DNA of 64,000 nt, taken from Mobula hypostoma (lineage: Eukaryota). This document shows positions 27,197 to 39,324 of the stretch, in pieces (within the stretch, counting starts at the first letter, position 1; the number at the start of each line of letters is the position of its first letter). Below the pieces are notes generated by a model. The model worked only from the letters and a program-made list of their open reading frames with translations, had not been told where the DNA came from and did no database searches. The DNA is taken from the NCBI RefSeq assembly GCF_963921235.1, contig NC_086097.1, positions 210,430,001 to 210,494,000 on the forward strand, written 5' to 3'. A program made the translations under genes and the position numbers.

Positions 27197-30164
27197 TTGT
27201 CAGTTCGGTAATGGGATGAATGATGTACTGAGATATCATTTAGTTTGTGGATTCTTACAAGTATTTAAAAATGGCTCCAAACTGAGGCACAACTCACATT
27301 TAGAATAGCAGTTGGAATTACCATGGAAATAGCAGCCAGAGATACAACTGAGTTGCAGTCTGGAATGAAATTGAACATGAACAAAATTGCAATGTTGAAA
27401 CAGAAAGCTGCCTGGCCCAACACAAAAATAAATGGACTGCACATGGAAGAGATAAAGATAAAAAGTCAAGTTGTAGTTTCAAGAAGAGCACTAATGTGCA
27501 TGCTGTTGATGAAAAATCTGATAATGAGGAGAGTGATAAAGGACCGCGTAGCCTTGAGATATACAATGTGAAAACTAACAGGAGACAAGCAATATGTCTT
27601 ACACCAGAAGTGAATGGCAAATTAATTAAAATGGAATTGGACACTGGCTCAGCTGTTTCTGTTATTCCACAAAACGAGTTTGGAAGGTACTTCAACGGCA
27701 CTGAAGCCTGCAGATATCCAACTAAGAACTTATACTGGAGAAGAGATAGTTATTCCCACAGACATTTTCATAACAATGAAATACAACAGCCAGCAAGTTA
27801 CATTGGGCTGGTACGTGGTAAAAACAGGAGGGCTAGCATGTGGGGTCATGATTGCCTGAGACAACTACAACCTGAATGAAGATTCATCTACCATTTGCAT
27901 GCCACTTCCCTGCTATAGGATCAACTGAAAGTGAAGTAAGAAATGTAGTGGATGATACCACAGTAATGTTCAAACATACCAAGGGTAAAATTGTGTTAAA
28001 TGAAAATGACACAGCGAAGTTTTACGAAACCTGTCCATTTCCTTATACTATCCATGATAAAGTATCTAGTGAGCTGAATCGCATGGAGGCTGAAGGAATT
28101 CTTTCCAAGATTGAGTGAAGCCCATGTGCAATACCAGTGGTCCCAGTAGTCAAGAAGGAAGGGTCTGTCAGGATCTGTGGTGATTTTAAGTCACCATCAA
28201 CTCAGTGTTGAAAGTAGATTAATACCCTCTGCCCAGAATAGAGGATATTTTGAAAATCTTTCAGGAGGAAAACACTTCCTACAAATGGAAAAGGAAGAAG
28301 AGTCCAAAGTCTCTCCCACTATAAACATTCACAAAGAGCTGTGTTACTATTATAGGCTCATTTTTGGAGTAGCATCTGCACCCGCATTCTGGCTGAAAGC
28401 TGTGTACCAGGTGCTACAAGGCTACCTGGGCATTCAGTGTTACCTGGATGACATCACTATTACCAGTGTGGATTACAAGGAAAATCTCCAAAATCTCAAG
28501 ACATTGTTTAAAAAAATTAGAAGATTATGGCTGAGAGCATAATGCAACAAGTGTGAATTCTTTAAACCAGGGATCATTTACTGTGGTCACACCATTGATG
28601 CACAAGGATTACACAAATGTGCTGAGAAAATTTAACCAGTGGTAGATGTCCCAAGATGAAAGAATATGTTACAGTTGCAGTCTTTTTTAGGATTTGTCAA
28701 TTACTATATCAGATTCCTACCAAGCTCAGCTACTGTGCTCCACCTCTTGAACTCATCACTACAGATTAGGAAAAAATGGCAATGGACAAAGCAATATGAG
28801 GTGGCTTTCCAAAAGACAAAGAAAATGATGACATCAGACACTATACTCACACGTTATGATCCACATCTTCCAGTGAAACTTCCCTGTGAAGCCTTGCCTT
28901 ATGACTTGGAAGCAGTCATATCACATGAGATGAGTGATGGAAGTGAACACCCCAAACCTTTTGCATTGTTTTCCCTGACTTACAGACTGACAGATCTTGA
29001 GTCTGGTTTGGGGTGTAAGATATTTCAGTCAGTACTTGGGTGAGAGTTTACTCTTATTACTAATTATCAACCACTAATGCCCATTTTCCATCTGCAGAGG
29101 AGTGTTCCATTAGCAGCACAAATACAGAGATGTGCTATGCTTCTTGGAGGACACAATTACAAGATTGAATTCAAGAGGACAAATAATTATGGAAAGGCTG
29201 ATGTATTGGCCTGTTTTCTTTTTCCGTGGAAAAGGAAATACCTGAAAAACTTACAAAAGAGGTAATTCCTCTTGATGTATTCTCCCTAATGCAAATTGAA
29301 AGTCTCTCTGTTATGGTGGAGATGATCCAAAGTGAAACCACAAAATACCCCACCCTGTCTCAGGTCTACATGGTTGGAATGTGCAGCAGATATCCCAGTT
29401 CCCCCATTTTTACCAGTGCTGGGATGAAAGTTTTGGCTCAAAGCTTTGTCTGATGGCCTGGGATAGATGAGCAGATTAAGCTGCTTGCCATGCATCGTTC
29501 AGGATGGCAACACGTCCAGAAGAAAGGTGTCAGAACCACTTCCAGCAGAACCCAAGATTGTTTCACAACCACAAGTCTTACCTGCCAGGCAGAGTGACCC
29601 CTTGTCGAGAACGACATTATGCCACAAGAGTAATAAATTGTCCAGAGCGATTAAATCTTTAGGCCTGAATGGGACAACTTAAAATTTACAATGCTGTGAC
29701 TGTCTATGTAGTAGTTGTATTATAGTGAGTGTGTGTGTGAGACTAGAGAGCAACTTGTTACATATTTGAGTTGAGATGGGTTTTATATTGAGTTGGAGTT
29801 TACAGCTAAGCGGGGGAGTGTAGAGTATTTAATATTTCAGTAATATTGTAAATATATTGCTTGACCTTAAGTATTTTTGTTTACATAATTCTTTATAGTT
29901 TATATGTTAATAGTATGTGAATGGCATACATCATTATGCCACCACATCATATGTGTCCGCCTCACTAAAGTAACAATTAAGTACACATGCAATCCTGGTT
30001 CCCATGTTTTTCTTTCAATTAACTCCTGGAGTTATTAAACACAACTGCAGAAATAAATGAGAGTTTGAAAAATAGAAATGACAACAAAATTTAAAATATA
30101 TTTTCTATTGAGTTAAAGAAGAAATATAACAATGCACAATGAATTTAAATATTTTGCAGTTAGA

Positions 30165-30170
30165 TTTATT
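30165..30170 (-). promoter_or_regulatory. PENK: Candidate PENK polyadenylation signal AATAAA
   Basis: Minus-strand AATAAA about 290 nt downstream of the PENK stop, followed by T-rich sequence. Confidence 0.6.
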
Positions 30171-30456
30171 TTAGTATATACAACTACACAGTTGAGATTT
30201 TTCTTTGTTTTGCATTTAATGAAAATTAGACAACATTTAACAAATTACAATTAGAGAAGAAGTGCACAAAGAAGGCATACAATTATATTTGACAACCTCA
30301 CCTTAACCAAAGGTAACACAGATCTGCACACAACATGTTAAGTTGCAGGTCTCCTGCTTCTGGTAAACTAAGTTAAAAAAAAACAAACACCTGTACATTC
30401 TAAGCAACACAATACACTTAAATCTGAGAACAGGGACAGTCTTTCTGATTGAGGTT

Positions 30457-31116
30457 CTAATTCCTCATAAATCCACCATATCTCTTTTCAAATTCAGGGA
30501 CTTCTTTGGAATATATTTCACCATCTTCATCGGAAGGGACGAGAGCATCATTCCAACGTTTCATAAAACCACCATACCTTTTCTGGTAATCTGGTTTCCC
30601 AAACCTTCTCATGAAGCCTCCATATCTCTTTTGCAATTCAGGCCAATTGTCTAATTCTTGGTTTTGTTTGATTGCATTCATGAATCCCCCATACCTCTTC
30701 ATGATGTCACTGCGGCTATCAGAGTCGCTCTGGTCCAAGTAATGCTTCTGATCGTTGAGCTCACTCAGGTTCAGCAATTCTTTGAGAATGTCAGAAGAAT
30801 CTACTGAAGAAGCACTCTCAACATCCTTCTTCATGAACCCCCCATATCTTTTATTCAGTATCTCCCTCCCCCTATTTTCATCGTGAACGTCGGCAAAGTA
30901 GGTGTCACTGGGGTCTCCTTTTTTCATAAATCCACCATAGCGCTTCATGAAGCCGCCATATCGCTTGTTCAGAAGCTGACGTTGTTCTTCCTTTTCCTTG
31001 TCATTTTCAGGAGCACTTTGACTGTCCTCGTGGAGTTTATTAATTTCCTCCAGCTCTTTGCACATCCCCCATGCCTTTCCTGATGGCGTCTTACCTTCAC
31101 ACTCCAATGTGCAACT
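30457..31116 (-). CDS. PENK: Proenkephalin, main (last) coding exon, 219 aa plus stop
   Basis: Acceptor ttattttattccag|AGT at 31117/31116 gives SCTLECEGK..WGMCKE, followed by seven KR-preceded YGGFM motifs and a stop at 30457-30459. Confidence 0.97.
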   Translation of the reverse strand, partial: SCTLECEGKTPSGKAWGMCKELEEINKLHEDSQSAPENDKEKEEQRQLLNKRYGGFMKRYGGFMKKGDPSDTYFADVHDENRGREILNKRYGGFMKKDVESASSVDSSDILKELLNLSELNDQKHYLDQSDSDSRSDIMKRYGGFMNAIKQNQELDNWPELQKRYGGFMRRFGKPDYQKRYGGFMKRWNDALVPSDEDGEIYSKEVPEFEKRYGGFMRN

Positions 31117-31796
31117 CTGGAATAAAATAATATTTATGTATCAAAGAAAGCATAACTCTTTCCAAAAGGCAGCATGGTAGTCAAATAAACCATGGGCTGG
31201 TTCTTAAACCCATATTTTGGTGCTTTAAAATCTATTTTGCTCCCTTTTAATATGTGCTGCAGTGAAGAGAATTTGACTTCATTTGCATGCAGTGGATATG
31301 TTAACAAAATTTTTACATGATTTTGCAAATAACTTTTACTTTATTATTTAGTTCAGCTCATTTGACAGCAGGTACTCAACTTAATAAGTAGTTTTATTTC
31401 TGGAATTTCATGGGCTTCAAGAGCACTATTGCATTGAAAGCCCCATCACCTGTAGTGTTTCAAAGAGAAGGGCCATTGCCAAGTATCAGAACAACTGGGG
31501 ATGATAGGTAAAATCATCCTATTAGAATTTCACTTGAGGATCTTTGAATTGTGCTCAGTCTGTGGTAGTGGCTGAATATTTTTCATTTTTATTCAGATGG
31601 AATTTAAAAACTATATTCACATGTAGGAAATTATAAAACCAGAAATTAATTACCAGTTAACCCTGACAAAGTAGGTTTTACTAGCCACTGCCAGAATCTT
31701 CCACTTATATAATCCAACCAGATATGTTTTAGACCATAAGATATAGGAGCAAAGTAGGCCAATCGGTCCATCGACCCCGCTCCGCCATTCAATCAT

Positions 31797-33418
31797 TGTC
31801 ACAATGGCGGGGGCATTGGGAGCAAGGGTGGATCCAAATGCAAGACACATCTTGTGAGGTTACTTAGATTTAGTCTATTGTTCGATACCAGGAGAGCAAG
31901 GCAGGAGTAGGAATAGCGAACTGGACGAGGACTGAGGACTACGACTAGGCAGGGACCAAGGGTCTGGGCTAGGACTCAGAATCGGCTCCCAGAGCTAGAG
32001 GAGACATGAAGAGGCTAGGGTATGGACTCTGAGCCAGAGACTGGGCAAGGACCCAGTACCTGGGTCTTGCCTCGGGCTCGGACCCCAGAACCAGGCATGG
32101 ACATGACATGGGCTAGGGAGAGGAGGAACCAGGGAACACAGAGCCTCGGTCTTGAGGAGCAGGTACATGGAACCATGGACATATACACAGAACACAGAGC
32201 TGGGACCCCTCCTTGGGTACAGGACATAGGGCTGGGACTCACACACAGAACAGAGAGCCAGGACCCCTCCTTGGGTACAGGACAAAGGGCCAAGACTCGC
32301 ACACAGAACAGAGAGCTGGGACCCCTCCTTGGGTACAGGACATAGGGCCGGGACTCACACACAGAACAGAGAGCCAGGACCCCTCCTTGGGTACAGGACA
32401 AAGGACTTAGACTCGAACACAGAACAGAGAGCTGGGACCCCTCTTTGGGTACAGGACATAGGGCCGGGACTCATGACCCTCTGCGGGGCAACGGCAAGAC
32501 TGCCTGACTTACCCCACGGAGGCGAGGACAAGACACGACAAGACATGACCCCCCATGGGGCAATGGCAAGACGGCCTGACTTACCCCATGGAGGCGAGGA
32601 CAAGACAAGACATGACTCCCTGTGGGGCAACGGCAAGACGACCAGACTTACCCCCACAGAGGCGAGGACCAGACAAGACAAGACATGACCTCCCGCGGAG
32701 CAATGGCAAGACGGCCTGACTTACCCCACGGAGGCGAGGACAAGACAAGACCAACACGAATTAACTCTAGACAGTACCTATCTAGCTCCGGTGATGGAAC
32801 TAGACCGAAGTGCAGGCGGGGGCTGCAGACGAGGGCTAGAGGTGAGAGGGGCAGAGAAGGGATTCAGACAAGGGGGTAGGACAGGAATCACAGACCGCCA
32901 GGGCCAGGACTTGACTCAGAACTGGGAAGCCGCCAGGGCCAGGACTTGACTTGGTGCTTGATTGCCGCCAGGGTCAGGACTTGACTTGGTGCTTGATTGC
33001 CACCGGAGCCAGGACTTCACTTGGAGCCTCCGGGTAGTGGCGAGCTCTCGACTCGACCCGGGAACAGTAGACAGCGGTTCTTGATTCCCTCCGGCGGGTT
33101 AACTGACGGACCCACCTTGATGAGGAAACTTCGGCGAGGTAAATGGACAGGGTTGCTATGGTGAGGAAGGGCGAATTACCGGCTCTCGCTTCGGCAGAGA
33201 CTAGGCTTGCTCCGGCCAGATGACATTGGCACGCCATGACTTTGCAGACGCTCCTGCACTGAACGGCTGAAAGCCCGAGACTATAAACTACCGGTTCAGC
33301 TGAGTGTTAATTGCCTCTAATCACCAAAGTCGAGGGACACGGGAAAACAGGGAATCAACGGTCCGGATCGTAACATAAACAAGCTAAATTTAAAGGGACC
33401 CCAATCCGGACCATGACA
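31797..33418 (-). mobile_element. Solo LTR copy C (1622 bp), same family as copy A, in the PENK intron
   Basis: Termini TGTCA...TGACA and perfect 5-bp TSD ATCAT (31792-31796, 33419-33423). Collinear with 20780-22054 apart from expanded arrays. Confidence 0.88.
32184..32750. repeat. Two adjacent tandem arrays inside LTR C: five 58-bp units, then four ~65-70-bp units
   Basis: Unit 1 is ACACAGAACAGAGAGC(TG/CA)GGACCCCTCCTTGGGTACAGGACA..GACTC. Unit 2 is ATGACC..GGGGCAA(C/T)GGCAAGACG.CC.GACTTACCCC..GGAGGCGAGGACAAGACA. Confidence 0.9.
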
Positions 33419-33879
33419 ATCATGGGCTGACCCAATTCTTCCAGTCATCCCCACTCCCCTGCCTTTACCCCATACCCTTTGATGCCCTGGCTAATCTCTG
33501 CCTTAAAAACACCCAATGACTTGGCCTCCATACCTGCTCGTGGCAACAAATTTCACAGATTTACCACCCTCTGACTAAAGTAATTTCTCCACACCTCAGT
33601 TCTAAATGGACACCCTTCAATCCTGAAGTCGTGCCCTTTTGTCCAAGGATCTCCTACCATGGGAAGTAACTTTGCCATATCTAATCTGTTCAGGCCTTTT
33701 AACATTTGGAATGTTTCTATGAGATCCCCCCTCATTCTCCTGAACTCTAGGGAATACAGCCCAAGAGCTGCCAGACGTTTCTGATACGGTAACCCTTCCA
33801 TTCCTGGAATCATTCTTGTGAATCTTCTCTGATCCCACTCCAATGTCAGTATATCCTTTCTTAAATAAGAAGCCCAAAA

Positions 33880-34287
33880 TGGTTGAGTGAACTTGGCCTT
33901 TTCTCCTTGGAGCGACAGAGGATGAGTGGTGACCTGATAGAGGTGTATAAGTTGATGAGATGCATTGATCGTGTGGACAGTCAGAGGCTTTTTTCCCAGG
34001 GCTGAAATGGCTGGCACGAGAGGGCAGAGTTTTAAGCTGCTTGGAAGCAGGTACAGAGGAGATGTCAGGGGTAAGTTTTTTTTTACGCAGAGAGTGGTGA
34101 GTGTGTGGAATGGGCTGCTGGCAATGGTGGTGGAGACGGATATGCTAGGGTCTTTTAAGAGACTCCTGGACAGGTACATGGAGCTCAGAAAAAATAGAGG
34201 GCTATGGGCAACCCTAGGTAATTTCTAAGGTAAGGACATGTTTGGCATGGCTTTGTGGGCCGAAGGGCCTGTATTGCACTGTAGGTT
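33880..34287 (+). mobile_element. CR1 3' fragment
   Basis: FFPRAEMAGTRG..FFTQRVVSVWNGL..FKRLLDRYM and a (TTTCTATG)n tail. Confidence 0.8.
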
Positions 34288-35451
34288 TTCTATGTTTCTA
34301 TGTTTCTAAAACTGCACACAATACTCCAAGTGTGGTCTCACGAGTGCCTCAACATCACATCCCTGCTCTTATATTCTATGTCTCTAGAAATGAATGCCAA
34401 CATTGCACTCACCTTCTTCACAACCGACTCAACCTGGAGATTAACCTTTAGGGTATCTTGCACAAGGACTCCCATATGATTTCTTTATGATTACACTAGT
34501 GTTGTTTCCCAGAAATCTGATAGTCTATTTGCAGGATTCCAAATGTAAAATAAAAGTCATTACAACTTCTGCACTGTTTTCCATGGTATATGATCAAGAT
34601 CCAACTTCACACTCAACATCCAACAAAGGCAGTATACAAGCTGAACAAGCTTTACACTGAAAATAGGAAACAGTCGGTACAATTGTGTTCTGGAATTCTG
34701 CTGTGTAGAAGTGTGTATACTGTTCAGCTATGGTATTAGTATAGAAGGGTGGTGGATTCTTGAGGAAATCATGTCTTTTAGTTAGCATATTTTTATCCAT
34801 TATAGTACTGTCAATTATACCTAAGTGTCCATATTTCTAAATTAGGAATATATCCCTTGGTTGAAGCAGTGTATAGTTTTAAAATTATATGACATTTCTG
34901 CCAATTAACCGCTAGGTATTATGTTTATCTAATACCAACAGCTAACCACTGTTGAAAGGTATTCATGCCCAAAGAAATAAACTAGACTTTTAATAACTAA
35001 CAGAAAATGGGAAAATTCTTGTGTACAACTTTCCATGCATTGTTAAGGAGAATGGTTATCAGCCTTTCTTCAGCAAGTGTCATAAGTCAGCAATCTAGCT
35101 CTCAATCCTGTTTACCACCTGCGCAGCATAAGTTCAAATCTAATATGGGAGAAAACAGAATTTGCTTTGAAATTGCGCCTACATAACCTTAGAACAAATT
35201 GGTTTATCATTCAAGTCTCAGTCTAAAACATCAATTGTTTATTTCCCACCATATATGCTGCCTGACTTGCTGAGTTCCTCCCACATATCATGTATGTTAC
35301 TCAATATTCCCTGCATCTACAGAATCTTGTGTTTTTGTGATCAACTAGGCATCTTGCAGCTTTCTAGATTAAACAATTTAAAATAATGATTCTATTATTC
35401 CCCTTTTCCTGTACAGTTGGATGTCCAATGCTCCACTATCTGGTAAAAAAG

Positions 35452-35696
35452 TAAAGGCATCCGTTAGTCTTGTGAGACCATGGATCTGCGCCTGGAAAGT
35501 CTTCACTCTCCAGGGCGCAGGCCTGGGCAAGATTGTATGGAAGACCAGCAGTTGCCCATGCTGCAAGTCTCCCCTCTCCACGACACCAATGTTGTCCAAG
35601 AGAAGGGCATTAGGACCCATACAGCTTGGCACCAGTGTCGTCGCAGAGCAATGTGTGATTAAGTGCATTGCTCAAGGACACAACACGTTCCCTCGC
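35452..35696 (-). mobile_element. Second, 5'-truncated copy of the CORE-like SINE seen at 25973-26268
   Basis: The reverse complement matches the SINE body (GTGTTGTGTCCTTGAGCAA..GGAGAGGGGAGACTTGCAGCATGGGCAACTG..CCAGGCGCAG). Confidence 0.85.
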
Positions 35697-35799
35697 CTGG
35701 TACGAGGCAAACATTTATGTCAACTAAACCAACCCTCCTAAATCTGGGTTCATCACACTAAAATTGTGTGGCCACCCCTCAGAAACTAACTGCTGCAGT

Positions 35800-36700
35800 T
35801 ATGACTGTGTGGCTAAGCAAAGCTCCAATGCCATATTTGTTTGCTGATGATACCACTGTCCATAGGCTGAATAAAAGATGGTGATGAATCAGCATAAAGG
35901 AGGGAGATTGAAAATCTGGCCGAGTGGTGTCATAACGACAACTTCTCACTCAGTGTCAGCAAGACCAAAGAACTGACTATAGATTTCAGTAGAAGGAAAA
36001 CAGAGGCCCATGAGCCAGTCCTCCTTGGAGGATTAGCGGTGAAGAGGGTTAACAATTTTAAATTCCTAGGTGTAACTGTTTTGGAGGACCTGTTTCGGGC
36101 CCAACACATAAGAGCAATTACAAAGAAAGCACAGCAGTGCCTCTTCCTTAGGAGTTTATGCAGATTTTGGCATGGCATCTAAAACTTTGACTAACTTCTA
36201 TAGATGTGTAGTGGAGAATATATTGACTGGCTGTACCACAGCCTGATAGGGAAACACCAATGCCCTTGAATGGAAAATCCTACAAAAGGTAGTGGATATG
36301 GCCTTCCCCACCGTTGAGCACATCTACATGAAATGTTGTTACAGGAAAGCAGCATGCATCATTAGAGACCCCCACCACCCAGGATATGCTCTCTTCTCGC
36401 TGCTGACATCAGGAAGAAGGTACAGGAGCCTCAGGACTCACACCACCTGGTTCAGGAACTGTTACTATTCTCAGCCATCAAGCTCTTGAACCAAAGGGGC
36501 TAGCCTCATTCAACTTCACTTGCCCCATCATTGAAATGTTCCCACAACCAATAATCTCACTTTCAAGGACTCTCCATCTCATGTTCTTGTTGTCTTTTGC
36601 ACTCTGGTAGAACACTGTAGTTGGAAGGACTTTTTATTGATTCTGTAATAGTTATTATTGTATAGATTTGTCATGAATACCCACAAGAAAATTAATCTAA
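35800..36700 (+). mobile_element. Rex1-like LINE 3' fragment
   Basis: Remnants FADDTT, WCHND..SVSKTKELTIDF and DPHHPGYALFSLLTSGRRYRS. Confidence 0.75.
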
Positions 36701-39324
36701 AGTAACCCAACTGGTTTCATACTGCTTCAACACCTGAAGTAACGCAACTGTAGCCAGTCCTCAAAGCCAGTCAAAGGGTCTCAGCCCGAAATGTAAACTG
36801 TACTTTTTTCCGTAGATACTGCCTGGCCTGCTGAGTTCCTCCAGCATTTGTGTGTGTTGCTAGCGCAGAGTGGGAGAGGAGCAACTTCCAAGATGTCCCA
36901 CAGTCATAGGGATCTTGGGGGGCTCATGACACAATTGTCATACGTATCTGCTAGACCCACCTTTTCACACTGTTGACATCATCACACCCATGCTTTCACT
37001 CTGTTGGCATCATTCATTATGTCATTCAGTCTCACCATCTTTCCATCGTATTACAAGTCTTTTCAACCATCCTTAGATTCAATGGCATCTTAAAAACCTG
37101 TTCACTTGTTTTATTTTTCCACATTCTCTGTCCGGCCTGCTGAGTGTTCAATCACTTTCTTTTTGTATCACATTCTGAGTATTTTGCTTTACAGGATATT
37201 ATAGCAAACTGCTGTACTCAGATAAATTAACCCATATATTTTATTCACTGTGCATAGCTGAAACTAATCACAAAGCTGAAAACCTTTCTTCTGGGCTGCC
37301 TGCAAGATGTGTGAGACAGCAGAAGACAAAAAATGAGAGGTAAGTGGTATTAGGGCACAAAATTCCCACGTATCATCCAGTATTTGAACCTACTACCTGC
37401 AATCCAATCAGTAAAAACTACAATCAAAGAATTATATTTCCCTATTTACAACAAATAGTGCTCACTTTGGGAAAATATATGCTGCTCATCAGCTGTTTAG
37501 CATACTTATTGATGAATCTGATGAAATGATTGGAAAGCAAATTTTAAACTGAACAATAAAGTATTGGCTGTATAGAAAGAAGTGGAGCCAAGAACATTAA
37601 TAACAGTCAAACTGGAACACCACCTGAAGGTTTCTCTTCAAGTCACACATTAATCTAGCCAGAAGAAATATCCTTTGTCATTAACTCTTAACCGCTGGAA
37701 CATTCTCCCATCAACATTGTGGGAGTATCATCACTGGAGGACTGCAGCAGTTTAGCACCTCCTGCAGGCAGTTAAAGATGTGCTTGCCTTTGAATGAATA
37801 CAAATTTAGATTGAGTGAGCAGGCAGAGTTTTGACAGTTAGATTTCAGTGTAGATAAGATGAGTTGAAACATTTTGGAGTAAAGAATGTTGGAATGTTAT
37901 TTAAAAGGTGAAACTAAATCAGTCTTCTTCAGTTCCCTTTAAGCACTTCAATCCCTGGCTTCTAATTCTCAACTAGCAACTAACTGAAACCCAACCAGGC
38001 TGTTTGTGGCTAAGATTCTGAGGTTTATTAAAAGGTGGTTGTGATGATTCATCCTGTGGGAGGATCTAAAATGGACTTTTATAAAAATGAACATTGCCTA
38101 TTTAATATGGAGATGATTCCAGGGGATTCCAATCATCTCTGAAATGGTGATAAAAGCACTCTTGGGAGATTTTGATGGAGGATGCAGATGGATTCTTGAT
38201 AAACGAAGCGATGAAAGATTACTATGAATTGATCGTAATGTAAAAACGAGGTTCCAGTCAGATGCATCATCTATCAAGGAGCAAAGAAGCCTACTCGTCC
38301 TCCTGATGTATAGGTTTGTGGACTCATATGATCCACGTGAAGTCTAAATGCCCAGTGCAGCAGCCAGGGCTGCATTTTTTCCAAAAACATTACTATCCTT
38401 TGGGGGAGAGACATAGATTCTCGTATTCCCCTTTCTGACATGTATTTATAGAATCCTTTTTAAAAATTATAACCCTTGTAAAGAGATATTGCTAGCTAAG
38501 ATATTCCAACTTGTTATTCCACTTCTTGTCCGTTGCTCCAAGGTCAGCCTTAATAATACACATCACACCAATGTACAGTATAAGCAATAAACTTGAAACT
38601 TAAAAGCTTTAAAATGAAATCATACACAGCAGATATAGGGGAAGTAGCATGTTAACAAATTATTATTCATAGTATTTTGTGATTTGCTGAAATACTTCCA
38701 CCGTGTCCGAATAATGTTGAATGAAATTTCCCACTCCAAAGACCTAAGCACTAAAGACTAGCTGACATTTCAACTCAGAACTAAAGAAGTGCTACACTTT
38801 CGAATTTGTTTGATGATATACAAAATTTATACAAAATTGAGGGCTAGCCCAAGAGTACCAAGTAGACTTTGATCACAAGCGGATTAATGTTCTTTCTGAG
38901 ACTTTCAGATGTGCAAATTGATTGTTCCATTTTCTACATCAAAAAGGAATCAATTGGTTATTAAGTACTTATCCTGGGGCCATGAAAAGCCTTATGTATT
39001 AGCACTGATTTATGTAACATAGCAGCTTTTTGTGATTTGATTTCTACTGAAGATGCCTCCCAGTGTGTTTGAGAGTTATCCCAGCTTGTGTTGTGTTCAC
39101 AGCTCTGAAAAAAGATGCAACATGATCCAACTGGCGGCATGTAGACAAACCTTCAGTACCAGCATCACCTGGTTATTATTTATTGGGTCAGTGCCTCGCC
39201 TCATAAGATAATAACTTGTGTGTTAATAACACTCCCAAAACTATTTCTTGAAAAATGCCATCTTCCCAATAGAAGCAGTTGGTGAAAATTACTGCTTTCA
39301 TTTGGCTTATCCAGATTTACATTT

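Larger units (their letters stand above)
25936..30045 (+). mobile_element. Decayed Gypsy LTR retrotransposon (gag-PR-RT-RNaseH remnants, integrase mostly deleted)
   Basis: Diverged LTRs at ~25936-26472 (split by a SINE) and ~29819-30045; PPT-like AAGCGGGGGAG before 29819. Gag remnant at ~26700-26950, protease MELDTGSAVSVI, RT remnants (RLIFGVASAPA, CYLDDI) and RNase H linker (LQSFLGFVNYY). Many frameshifts. Confidence 0.85.
31728..34473 (-). mobile_element. CR1 3' fragment in the PENK intron, interrupted by solo LTR C and by an opposite-strand CR1
   Basis: Minus-strand QRRFTRMIPGM..LGLYSLEFRRMRGDLIETF..FSQRVVNL, with the 3' UTR at ~31728-31796. Confidence 0.8.

Noticed and set aside
31105..31107. 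PENK start codon as shown in the ORF track
   Set aside because: It is a TTG (Leu) inside an exon that starts at the 31116 acceptor; the real ATG is at 42665.
32184..32750. CRISPR-like array (also 21170-21335 and 22695-22830)
   Set aside because: The units repeat along their whole length with no unique spacers, lie inside solo LTRs in vertebrate DNA, and have no cas genes.
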